Positions 1-8,190 of a stretch of DNA of 19,750 nt are shown here, piece after piece. Location of the stretch: the NCBI GenBank assembly GCA_964632315.1, contig CAZWEM010000061.1:1-19750 (forward strand), read 5' to 3'. Numbering within the stretch: position 1 is the stretch's first letter; the number at the start of each line of letters is the position of its first letter. The notes beneath the pieces were generated by a model. That model saw only the letters and a list, made by a program, of their open reading frames with translations, searched no databases and was not told the DNA's origin. Both the position numbers and the translations under genes were made by a program. This DNA is from an uncultured archaeon (GTDB lineage: Archaea; Asgardarchaeota; Lokiarchaeia; Sigyniarchaeales; SOKP01).

Positions 1-1
1 C

Positions 2-545
2 TCCAGTGCCGAAGAACCTGATGATGATGGTAATTTTGATCTCACGTGGACGGAATCTTCAGATGCAAATAATTATTCGGTATATGTCTATTCAAGCTAT
101 ATCACTGTTATCAACGAAAGCTTAACTTCTTTATGGAATGAGAGAACAGAATCAAATTTAGCCATAACTGGTTATTCAGATGGAATCTATTATTTCATCG
201 TTGTTGCTCATAACAATATTGGTGTTACATCTTCGAATTGTATTGAAATTACTGTGGACATTCCAAGACCTCCTGGAAATTTCACTTTATCCTCAAATGC
301 TGGAAATCCTGATGATAATGGCAATTTTGACTTGACTTGGACAGCATCTTCAGATGCGGATAATTATTCTGTTTATCGCGGCTCAAGTTTCATCACAGAA
401 ATAAATGGAAATCTAACTATATTAACTGATGAGATCACCGATTTAGAATTAGCATTAAGCGATTATGGGAATGGAGTGTACTATTTCATCTCAGTTGCGC
501 ATAATTATTATGGAGATACGCTTTCAAATTGCATTAAAGTCATGA
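2..545 (+). repeat. Two copies (first one partial) of an intragenic protein-domain repeat, period 291 nt / 97 aa
   Basis: PDDDGNFDLTWTESSDANNYSVY begins at 17 and PDDNGNFDLTWTASSDADNYSVY begins at 308. Both units end YYFI.VAHN..G.T.SNCI. Confidence 0.9.
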
Positions 546-652
546 TACAGAAACTAATAGTTCCTGGATATGATCCATTATGTATAATTGCAATATTAGG
601 CATAGTTATACTCTTGATAAAGAAGAAGTTTAATATCCAAGAAAATCCGTAA
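2..652 (+). CDS. 5'-truncated cell-surface protein with tandem ~97-aa FN3/Ig-like repeats and a C-terminal PGY-TM-basic (Loki-CTERM-like) sorting tail
   Basis: The frame of the 254..652 ORF is open from position 2 (SSAEEPDDDGNFDLTWTESSDANNYSVY...), so the GTG at 254 is internal. Two repeat units show LTW..S..A.NYSVY and G.YYF..VAHN..G.T.SNCI. The protein ends IVPGYDP-hydrophobic helix-KKK. Confidence 0.85.
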   Translation, partial: SSAEEPDDDGNFDLTWTESSDANNYSVYVYSSYITVINESLTSLWNERTESNLAITGYSDGIYYFIVVAHNNIGVTSSNCIEITVDIPRPPGNFTLSSNAGNPDDNGNFDLTWTASSDADNYSVYRGSSFITEINGNLTILTDEITDLELALSDYGNGVYYFISVAHNYYGDTLSNCIKVMIQKLIVPGYDPLCIIAILGIVILLIKKKFNIQENP

Positions 653-659
653 ATATCAA

Positions 660-673
660 ATTTCTTTTTTTCT
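660..673 (+). terminator. Oligo-T tract, probable archaeal terminator of the surface-protein gene
   Basis: TTTCTTTTTTTCT begins about 8 nt after the TAA at 652. Confidence 0.4.
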
Positions 674-823
674 CAACTTTATTTTCTCCAATAACAGTTC
701 CTTTTCGTTTAATTATCGGCTGAGAATCATCACTTGAAAATTTGGAGGTTCCTTTTTGTAAAATACTTTCTATTAATATTGAACATCAACCATCTTTCGA
801 TTGTATCTCTAGACTTTTTCAGA

Positions 824-3067
824 TTAATCATCTAGAAACGCTTGATACTTTTTCTTCACTGGTTTATAATTACTTGATTGTTGTTGATTGGGGAAAGTTT
901 GTGATAATTCCTTCTCTTTGATTAGTGGAAATATATCAGCATAATTACTAGTTTGGGAAGCATTGCGTTTTATGGGTTTCTGATGCGAAGGAACTTGATG
1001 ATTTTCAACTTCATAGCTAAATTGCGCCATCCATTCAGAAGATAAATGCTCATTGATGAGGATAAAATCTTCTTCCAATAATTCAATGGGCTTTTGATAG
1101 AAGGGAATGGAAAACTCCGAACCAACGTGTTTAAGCGAGTGGAAATGGCGATAGAGTAGATACCCGATACATCCTCCATACACAAATATCAATCCAAAAC
1201 CTAAAGATATGAAAAATCTGATCACTTCTTGAAGTCCCATTATCAAGAAGAAGCTGAAGAGCACTCCATAAACTAGGAATGGTAATGAAAATAATTCTAA
1301 TTGCTTGAATGTGGACATTTTAACGTTCTTTACCTTCAATATTGCGTTCTGAGAAGTATCATGACGAATCAAGAGCCTATATTTCACTTCCAAGTATTCT
1401 AAAAGCTCATCAAGCTGATCGTAGGATATCACGTGGAGATTTAATCCTTGCTGGTAGGCATAGGGGAGTGTTTTTTCCATGCAATATACTCGTGAATCAG
1501 ACAATAGCACGGGGTCTATGATGACTTGGTACTCGATTTCACCTGAACCCAAGTATAACCGTTGGTTCTTGAAGGTTAAATCTGCTTTCATTAAAATTCC
1601 GATATAACGGGCAACTAAGGAAATAAGAGAATGACCATTAATCATATCTGAAAATAAATATTCACGGGCTTGTAGCAACTTCTTGGTGTGGGTGTTGATC
1701 GCCATGTTCTGAGCTGTCGTAGGATTACTATTTATTTTTCCAGTCATGACATGCGAATCCCAAACATAGACGGGATCTTCAGTAATCACGTGTTTGATAG
1801 GAACTAGTAAGATAATACAACGACCATTATCTCCCCTCATAGGCTTACATGCAAGGAGATCCACTGCACGAAAGACTTCCCGTAGTTCTGGGTTGTTCAT
1901 TGGAATCTCGATCATGCCTGCCTCGCGGATCACTTGTAAGATCTTCTGGGCTGACTGCTGTCGTTGAAATAATTGTTCAGCATTTGGTAAATTCTTAATC
2001 CTCTGTTCTCGATAGGGAATTCTGGACTTTTTTACTTTATCCTTAATTGCTGTATCATCTCCCAGAAATTCTGACTGTGTTTGAAAAAGATCTTGTTCAT
2101 CTTCGACCTCTATTATCGTCTTTTTTGAAGGAAAAATGGGAGTCTTGAGTGGAGGTAAATCTACTTCTTCCAGGAAACGATTTTTCTGAGGTAGTCTTGT
2201 ACAAGCATCATTAGATTGTTCTTGATCTAAATCTTCAATACTCAGGACTTCTTCCATCTCTTCTCCTATAGTCGGAAATTCTTCCTCTTCTGGATATTTT
2301 TCCTTTAAATCTTCAATCTGAACTTCAATCTCTGGCACTCTTCGTTCTACTTTATTTTTGGATACGATTTTTATTTGTTGCCGTAAATCTTCTGCATAAT
2401 GACTTGATTCCTTTCGATTGTGAAATTCTTTAATTGTTGTTGGAGAACTTTTGGAAGGTCTTACTGCCCACTCTGAAAGCTTCGATTCGGAACTATGTTT
2501 CTTTTGTTTGACTTCAACTTCAGATGACCCATTAATTGCTGAACGATCTCCAAGTTTTTGATACGGTGTTGGAGTATGAATTGAGGGCCCTTGAGGTACT
2601 GCCTCACCAGATGATGAAGAATTTTTATTCTTCAAATATGCTTGAGCGTTGTCTATGATCTTTTGGGCAGTTGAAATCCCCACTCCTGGTACACTAGTTA
2701 ATCGTTCGGGAGTACTGGAGGCAAGATTTTGGACGGAACTAAATCCATTCGAACGCAATTTTAAAGCAGTACTCTCTCCAATTCCTTTCACTTCCGAAAG
2801 ATCTACAGTGATATCACTTTCAGAAAACGTGGATCTTTCGTGAGATCCCTTTTCAAATTTAATCTTAGCCGAATATTCATTGAGAATCGCTTGGAACTTT
2901 TCTGCCCAATCTCTATTTCCTTGTTTCTTGGCTTGTTCGAGGGCTCTTTTCGCGATCATCTTGACTTGGGCTTCATCATTCAATTCTTGAGCTTCAGTCA
3001 ACATTTTCCTCAAGAACGAGAGATCCCATTCTTTCTCTGATGAAACTTGTGATTCTATACTTACCAT
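824..3067 (-). CDS. Membrane-anchored tandem helix-hairpin-helix DNA-binding protein (HhH2, long acidic linker, degenerate PD-(D/E)xK-like domain, 2 TM helices)
   Basis: 747-aa ORF. HhH motifs LSEVKGIGESTALKL and LTSVPGVGISTAQKI at about 2645-2803. Low-complexity E/S/P-rich middle. Two hydrophobic helices LFSLPFLVYGVLFSFFLIMGL and FFISLGFGLIFVYGGCIGYLLY at about 1150-1295. No N-terminal signal peptide. Confidence 0.8.
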   Translation of the reverse strand: MVSIESQVSSEKEWDLSFLRKMLTEAQELNDEAQVKMIAKRALEQAKKQGNRDWAEKFQAILNEYSAKIKFEKGSHERSTFSESDITVDLSEVKGIGESTALKLRSNGFSSVQNLASSTPERLTSVPGVGISTAQKIIDNAQAYLKNKNSSSSGEAVPQGPSIHTPTPYQKLGDRSAINGSSEVEVKQKKHSSESKLSEWAVRPSKSSPTTIKEFHNRKESSHYAEDLRQQIKIVSKNKVERRVPEIEVQIEDLKEKYPEEEEFPTIGEEMEEVLSIEDLDQEQSNDACTRLPQKNRFLEEVDLPPLKTPIFPSKKTIIEVEDEQDLFQTQSEFLGDDTAIKDKVKKSRIPYREQRIKNLPNAEQLFQRQQSAQKILQVIREAGMIEIPMNNPELREVFRAVDLLACKPMRGDNGRCIILLVPIKHVITEDPVYVWDSHVMTGKINSNPTTAQNMAINTHTKKLLQAREYLFSDMINGHSLISLVARYIGILMKADLTFKNQRLYLGSGEIEYQVIIDPVLLSDSRVYCMEKTLPYAYQQGLNLHVISYDQLDELLEYLEVKYRLLIRHDTSQNAILKVKNVKMSTFKQLELFSLPFLVYGVLFSFFLIMGLQEVIRFFISLGFGLIFVYGGCIGYLLYRHFHSLKHVGSEFSIPFYQKPIELLEEDFILINEHLSSEWMAQFSYEVENHQVPSHQKPIKRNASQTSNYADIFPLIKEKELSQTFPNQQQSSNYKPVKKKYQAFLDD

Positions 3068-3095
3068 GGTTCCTAAAGATCATTTTATTACGATA

Positions 3096-3103
3096 TTTAT
3101 AAA
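3096..3103 (-). promoter_or_regulatory. TATA box of the HhH membrane-protein gene
   Basis: TTTATAAA lies about 29 nt upstream of the ATG at 3067. Confidence 0.5.
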
Positions 3104-3388
3104 GAAAAAATCTGAAGAAATCATCAAGACAAGATTTTTTTTTATATATAATCACGAAGATTTAGTATTTGATGCTTGAAAAGAAAGTGATGATTACTGA
3201 CACTGGAATTTTTGTCTCCTCAACAAAATATTAATCCTTTTATGCCCTTTCATACTCGTTCGTTTCAAGCATTTTCTTTTTTTTCCATAAACTTGACATC
3301 AAAAAATTAATAATAATGGATATAATTACATTTCTCTCTTTTAGATGTAATTTTATTTGGAATACCGGTATAAAACTCAATTTTTCTC

Positions 3389-3396
3389 TTTAAAAG
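3389..3396 (+). promoter_or_regulatory. Candidate TATA box of the Hel308-like gene (leaderless-type spacing)
   Basis: TTTAAAAG ends 22 nt before the GTG at 3418. Confidence 0.4.
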
Positions 3397-3417
3397 CATC
3401 TACCCAGTTTTAAGAAC

Positions 3418-5934
3418 GTGTCTCTTAAAAAATACATTCAAACCCTCGATCCCGAATTAGATGGTACCCCTGAAGTTATGGAGTATATCAAGGATGAAAG
3501 GATGGTGCGAGTCCTTTTAGAACGGAAAATTTTTTCCTTTCGGAACATCCAAAAAGAAGCTATCCAAAAGGGTTTATTTTTTCGCAAGTCATTCTTAGTG
3601 TGTGCTCCAAGTGGCAGCGGAAAGACGTTAATCGGAGAAATGTGCGCGATGCACGGCATTCTCAACAAGTTTGGAAAGTCTACCTACTTGGTACCGTTTA
3701 AAGCACTTGCTTCGGAAAAGTATTATTCATTCAAGCACGATTACGAGCGATTTGGTATCAAGGTGGAACTTTCGATTGGAGATCAAGAACCTGAAGAAGA
3801 AGCCCTTCAAGATGCTGACCTTATCATCACGACATACGAGAAAATGGATAGCATTCTACGAAACTTTCATGAGAAGCCGTGGATTTCGGAAATCAGCACC
3901 ATCATCATCGATGAAATTCATGTCATATCTGAATCTGATAGAGGCCCGCGATTAGAATCTCTTATCGTCAGATTAAACGAATTTCTTGAGAACTTACAGG
4001 TTATAGGGCTTTCTGCCACAATCGCTAATCCAGAATTTTTCAATCAATGGCTCACGTCTCTGGATAATCAGACCGAACTGATCAAATCTAACGAAAGACC
4101 AGTTCCATTATATTTCCACCTCAATATTACAAAGAATAAAGACTCTACCATCAAAAAAATCGTAAATAAAACACTCTCGGAAGAAGGACAAGTATTAATC
4201 TTCGTGAATAAGCGTAGCTTGACTCAAATGCTAGCAAAAAGCTTACAACAAGTAGTTTTTAGCCACTTAACTGATAAGGAAAAAACAGAATGCAAGCATG
4301 TAGAAGAAAAACTTGCAAAGATTCGAGGTGGGATCTCTGATCTCAAGAAAGCTGTAAAGCACGGATTAGCTTTTCATCATGCAGGGCTCCTTTCAAATGA
4401 ACGAAAAGCCGTCGAAGAGTCGTTTCGCAAGCATTTGCTTAAGGTAATTATATGTACGACCACATTATCGGCAGGGATCAACCTTCCCGCGAGAGTCGTG
4501 GTACTTAGAGATTTCAAGAAGTATAGTACTTCAGGAAAATACGTGAGAAATTTTGAAGGATACTTCGAAGAGTCAGATGGGTTCAACTTTTTCCTCCCAT
4601 TTTCGGGCAATGAGGTGTTTCAAATGTTGGGCAGAGCTGGACGCCCTGGATTAGATTCTGAAGGCCATGGCGCTATTTTAGTGAGTGATGTTAACGAGTT
4701 AAATTGGGTGGAAGATCATTACTTTACAAATGATAATCCAAAGGCACCCCTCGAACCTAAGTATAATGATTTAGGCTCTGGTTTAAACGACATCAATACA
4801 CTAAAAGAGCAAGTTCTTCTTCGCGTGTATGAAGAAGGCAATATTTCGGTTGAATCACTCGTTTCTTTCTTCAAACGTACTTTCTTCTGGTACTGCATGC
4901 AACAAAAGATGGGAGAGAATGCCGTCCCTATTGAACAATTATTATTAATTCAAGAGATTACTCCCAGAAATCTGATGAAATTACATGCCAATCCAAACAT
5001 CATATCTAAAGTAAAAAAAAAAGGATATGCAATAAAACTCGGTTGTTTTACCAAGTCCGCAATCGGTGGATACGTGAAGACCAATTATGGTGTGCAGTCG
5101 GTCAAGTTTGATTGTGAAAATGGAATCCAATGTTCGTGCGGGTTTGAAAACGGGATGTCCGATGGGTATGCCAATCCGAAGTTTTCGTTTGAATTTTGTG
5201 AACACGTGACTGCTTTCTTATACCACCTCTTAAGCATTCCCGATCCCTCTTTCCAAAAACATGTGAATGATATCATCCCTCAATGCTTACGGGCTCAATA
5301 TATCCTTAATTACTTGTTTGAAAAAGGATTACTATTGAAGAATGAAGATGGAACCTTAAAATGTTCCTCGTTTGGAAAATTGATCATTAAACTCTACTTG
5401 TATCCCATCTCGGGTGTTTTAATGCGATCCAAGTTAGAACGATTTGAAATTAATTCATATCGAGATATGATCCGAGAAGCATATGAAGTATTGCGAGCAG
5501 AACGAAGGGTGAGAGACTATAAGCTCTTAGAACCCTTGATCGAATGGATCGATGAAGAACCGGTGGAATCGATCTTGGAAAAACATCATGTCATGGCGGG
5601 AGACCTCTATGGTATGAAGGATAACATCGAACGCATCATCACCTTCATGGGGATCATTGCCATTCATTTAGCCGAGACGGGCTTAGAAATGCAAGAAAAA
5701 TTAATGAAAGTGGCAGAAATGGCAGAAACTCTAAAGATTCGAGTACATTACGGCATCAGAGAGGAATTGTTCGATTTAGTATTGCGATTAACTAATGTTG
5801 CGCGGGTAAGAGCACGGATCTTGTATGATGCAGGATATCATACCTCGACTCAAGTTAAAAAAGAACATCCTTCAATACTACACAGGAAGACCGGTATGGG
5901 GTTAAAATTGGTTAAGAGCATCATCAAAGAATAA
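3418..5934 (+). CDS. hel308: Ski2-like SF2 DNA helicase, Hel308/Hjm/HELQ family, with inserted SWIM zinc finger
   Basis: Motifs APSGSGKT (I), LVPFKALASEK (Ia), TYEKMDS (Ib), DEIH (II), LSAT (III), AFHHAGL, TTTLSAGINLPA (V) and QMLGRAGRPG (VI). C-terminal LTNVARVRARILYDAGY resembles the Hel308 domain-5 RAR motif. CSC-x19-CEH at 5131-5205. It may be a paralog rather than the canonical ortholog. Confidence 0.88.
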   Translation: MSLKKYIQTLDPELDGTPEVMEYIKDERMVRVLLERKIFSFRNIQKEAIQKGLFFRKSFLVCAPSGSGKTLIGEMCAMHGILNKFGKSTYLVPFKALASEKYYSFKHDYERFGIKVELSIGDQEPEEEALQDADLIITTYEKMDSILRNFHEKPWISEISTIIIDEIHVISESDRGPRLESLIVRLNEFLENLQVIGLSATIANPEFFNQWLTSLDNQTELIKSNERPVPLYFHLNITKNKDSTIKKIVNKTLSEEGQVLIFVNKRSLTQMLAKSLQQVVFSHLTDKEKTECKHVEEKLAKIRGGISDLKKAVKHGLAFHHAGLLSNERKAVEESFRKHLLKVIICTTTLSAGINLPARVVVLRDFKKYSTSGKYVRNFEGYFEESDGFNFFLPFSGNEVFQMLGRAGRPGLDSEGHGAILVSDVNELNWVEDHYFTNDNPKAPLEPKYNDLGSGLNDINTLKEQVLLRVYEEGNISVESLVSFFKRTFFWYCMQQKMGENAVPIEQLLLIQEITPRNLMKLHANPNIISKVKKKGYAIKLGCFTKSAIGGYVKTNYGVQSVKFDCENGIQCSCGFENGMSDGYANPKFSFEFCEHVTAFLYHLLSIPDPSFQKHVNDIIPQCLRAQYILNYLFEKGLLLKNEDGTLKCSSFGKLIIKLYLYPISGVLMRSKLERFEINSYRDMIREAYEVLRAERRVRDYKLLEPLIEWIDEEPVESILEKHHVMAGDLYGMKDNIERIITFMGIIAIHLAETGLEMQEKLMKVAEMAETLKIRVHYGIREELFDLVLRLTNVARVRARILYDAGYHTSTQVKKEHPSILHRKTGMGLKLVKSIIKE

Positions 5935-5942
5935 TAATGTCA

Positions 5943-6164
5943 TTAGGAGTTCCAATTATAATACCTGTATCTTCGTCGCTTTTTATATGGTCTCTCTGGA
6001 CGCTGAAAGTAGCAATTAGGACAATATACCCCAATTAAGGGATTTTCATACAATTCTTTCGCATCCGATTTTGACAAAAATGGGTGCATTGCCATGAAAT
6101 GAGCAAATGGGATGGGAATATCGCAATCACAGCAATGTTTTAATTTCAGTGTGTCTTGGACCAT
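5943..6164 (-). CDS. Small Zn-finger protein (73 aa) with a basic C-terminal tail
   Basis: ATG at 6164 (MVQDTLKLKHCCDCD...YCPNCY...YKKRRRYRYY) is preferred over the TTG at 6209. TTTATAAG lies about 26-33 nt upstream on the minus strand. Confidence 0.7.
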   Translation of the reverse strand: MVQDTLKLKHCCDCDIPIPFAHFMAMHPFLSKSDAKELYENPLIGVYCPNCYFQRPERPYKKRRRYRYYNWNS

Positions 6165-6307
6165 TATGAAAAAGAATAGGATTTTCACGCTTATAAAGTT
6201 CAGAGTCAAGGGATTAATTAATTTATATTATTGCTTTTTGTAAAGGAAATTTTTTCCTTTAATAATCTTCTCATATAAGATGTTTAAAGCTGTGAGGTGA
6301 GAATTTC

Positions 6308-6574
6308 ATTCTAGACGATGAAGATCCGTTATTTACACCGAAGCGAAAGCCGCTTAAGATCCGAGAGTATTTAGTACTGACAAAGGAGGAAGAAGGAAAG
6401 GTTAATTACATAATCAAATCGTTAGATTCTTCCAAGGAAGATGCTTTAAGTGCCTTGGAGTTCCTCAAGAATGAAATCAGCTCGTTTAATGAATTATCTC
6501 CCTTACAAAAAATCGAATATTGTAAGAATCAGCGGAAACTTATTAAATTATACTTGAAATTGCTAAATGGTTGA
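6308..6574 (+). CDS. Unannotated 88-aa hypothetical helical protein with a probable ATT start codon
   Basis: Stop-free frame (I/M)LDDEDPLFTPKRKPLKIREYLVLTKEEEGKVNYIIKSLDSSKEDALSALEFLKNEISSFNELSPLQKIEYCKNQRKLIKLYLKLLNG*. GAGGTGA at 6294-6300 lies 7 nt before the ATT, and there is an in-frame TGA at 6293-6295. The ORF fills an otherwise empty gap. Confidence 0.6.
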   Translation: MLDDEDPLFTPKRKPLKIREYLVLTKEEEGKVNYIIKSLDSSKEDALSALEFLKNEISSFNELSPLQKIEYCKNQRKLIKLYLKLLNG

Positions 6575-6647
6575 ATATTAGAAATATAAAAAGGCGGTAT
6601 TTAATTAGTGGAATTAGTCTATAAAATTAATGAATAGTACGTCGAGA

Positions 6648-7775
6648 TCAAGAGGGAGTGAATGTATCTTGTAATGTGGAGTGTAAATTTATTTTAGTTT
6701 TGAAGAATTTAATTATTCCTCTTCCTATATAAATTAGAAGCAAGCAAAAAAAGTAAACTGTGAAATAGTTGCCGATTTTAAAAGGATGTAAAATGAGTAT
6801 GACTGGTCTTTGTAATAAAAAGAGGTTTGCGGAATGTTTGCCATTGAAATAAAAAAATCTGCTTTTATTGAATTTAATAAAAAAAGTTAAGAGGAAAATT
6901 ATTGTAAATAACGAATAATAGAGATTCACCCAAGAATAATAAGTAGATGCTGAATCTAAATTGTAGAAGTTATACTCAATGAAATCTTGATTAATGAATA
7001 GGAATAGTACAAAAAAGAAATATGTAATTGTTGTAACATAAAAGATCTTTTTTTGACTCATGAAATTCTTTATTTTAACATAGTTTTTACCAAAAATATA
7101 TCCAAGTAAAAAAAACGGGATCATGAATAATATTAAAAAGCATTTCGTGATGTTAATGGGAATCATGTAGTTATTAATACTAACTTCAGTAATAATTAAG
7201 GTTCTACAAAAAAGGTCAAATAAATAAGGATTACTATAAATAACTGTTATGATTAAAATTGACAGGGTCAAGAATATCAGCACTATTGAGTCCTTTTTTT
7301 TAATTAAAAATTTCAAAAAAAATGGAAAAATCAAATAAAAGTAAAATAAAACATATAAGAACCATATCGTTTGTACATTTCCCAATAGAGAATTTGTCAA
7401 ATAATAAACGATAAATACATTAAAGCTATAATGATAATCCTGTAAATTTCCAAGAAATAATATTATAAAGGCATATATAAAGTAAGCAAGTAAGTAGTAA
7501 TGGAACCTACTTTTATAAAATTCTTTCAAATCTATTTTATCTTTTGTACTATATTTTAACGTCAATGAAAATGCAGATGCAAAGAAAAAAAAAGGGACTG
7601 CAAAATTATAAAAAAGTGTTTTAAAAATTATACCTTTGAAGAGATCCACGTGTGTAGCTATTACAAATAGGATTGAATATCCTCTTGCTAAATCTAATTC
7701 TCTTATCCTCTTTTTAGCAATATTTACATTTTTGTTATTATAATTTATATTGATATCTTGCATGTCATTAGGCAT
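6648..7775 (-). CDS. Acyltransferase family 3 (OafA/YiaH-like) multi-pass membrane O-acyltransferase
   Basis: RIRELDLARGYSILFVIATH (R..D..RG...V...H), AVPFFFFASAF, F.K.RF, WFLYVLFYFYLIFP and GKHS..LFL. About 10 hydrophobic helices. Very AT-rich. The start could be the second Met at 7763. Confidence 0.85.
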   Translation of the reverse strand: MPNDMQDININYNNKNVNIAKKRIRELDLARGYSILFVIATHVDLFKGIIFKTLFYNFAVPFFFFASAFSLTLKYSTKDKIDLKEFYKSRFHYYLLAYFIYAFIILFLGNLQDYHYSFNVFIVYYLTNSLLGNVQTIWFLYVLFYFYLIFPFFLKFLIKKKDSIVLIFLTLSILIITVIYSNPYLFDLFCRTLIITEVSINNYMIPINITKCFLILFMIPFFLLGYIFGKNYVKIKNFMSQKKIFYVTTITYFFFVLFLFINQDFIEYNFYNLDSASTYYSWVNLYYSLFTIIFLLTFFIKFNKSRFFYFNGKHSANLFLLQRPVILILHPFKIGNYFTVYFFCLLLIYIGRGIIKFFKTKINLHSTLQDTFTPS

Positions 7776-7925
7776 TACATTGGTAAATTCAAATAAAAGT
7801 TATTTAGTTTAATAATTTTGGTTATGACTTTCATTTTTACTTTTTATTATAATTATAACACGAATACTACTATCGCTCCAAACACCTTTTCTGGAGGATT
7901 CCAGGAAACTAAAGTTCATTTGTTT

Positions 7926-7933
7926 TTTATATA
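7926..7933 (+). promoter_or_regulatory. TATA box upstream of the 71-aa ORF
   Basis: TTTATATA ends 22 nt before the ATG at 7955. Confidence 0.45.
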
Positions 7934-7954
7934 TACATAGATCGTATCATATAT

Positions 7955-8170
7955 ATGAGTTCTAATAGTACCAAAGAACTAAGAAAGACTCAATTGTACT
8001 CGGAGAACACTGCGGACGTGCCGCTTGGACGGGTGTTATCGGAAATAATAGTGTCATTTTCATCTTTCATCCCTCCACATGCCGAGAACGTACCTTCCAA
8101 GCGGAGTCCCATCCACCTTGCACTTTTAAAGATCGAGTTTGAGGATGCGTGTAAAAAATTTTTCGAATAA
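7955..8170 (+). CDS. Hypothetical small protein (71 aa)
   Basis: ATG-initiated ORF in an intergenic gap, with higher GC than its flanks and a well-positioned TATA box. It converges on the 8191 gene without overlap. No motif recognised. Confidence 0.5.
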   Translation: MSSNSTKELRKTQLYSENTADVPLGRVLSEIIVSFSSFIPPHAENVPSKRSPIHLALLKIEFEDACKKFFE

Positions 8171-8190
8171 TTTAATAAGAATAATTGAAT

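Noticed and set aside
7876-7916. Overlapping inverted repeats (CTCCA..TGGAG; TTCTGGA..TCCAGGAA) and an ORB-like TTCCAGGAAAC next to an AT-rich stretch, suggesting a replication origin
   Set aside because: It is a single imperfect copy with shortened spacing, no G-string and no cdc6/orc1 gene in the window.
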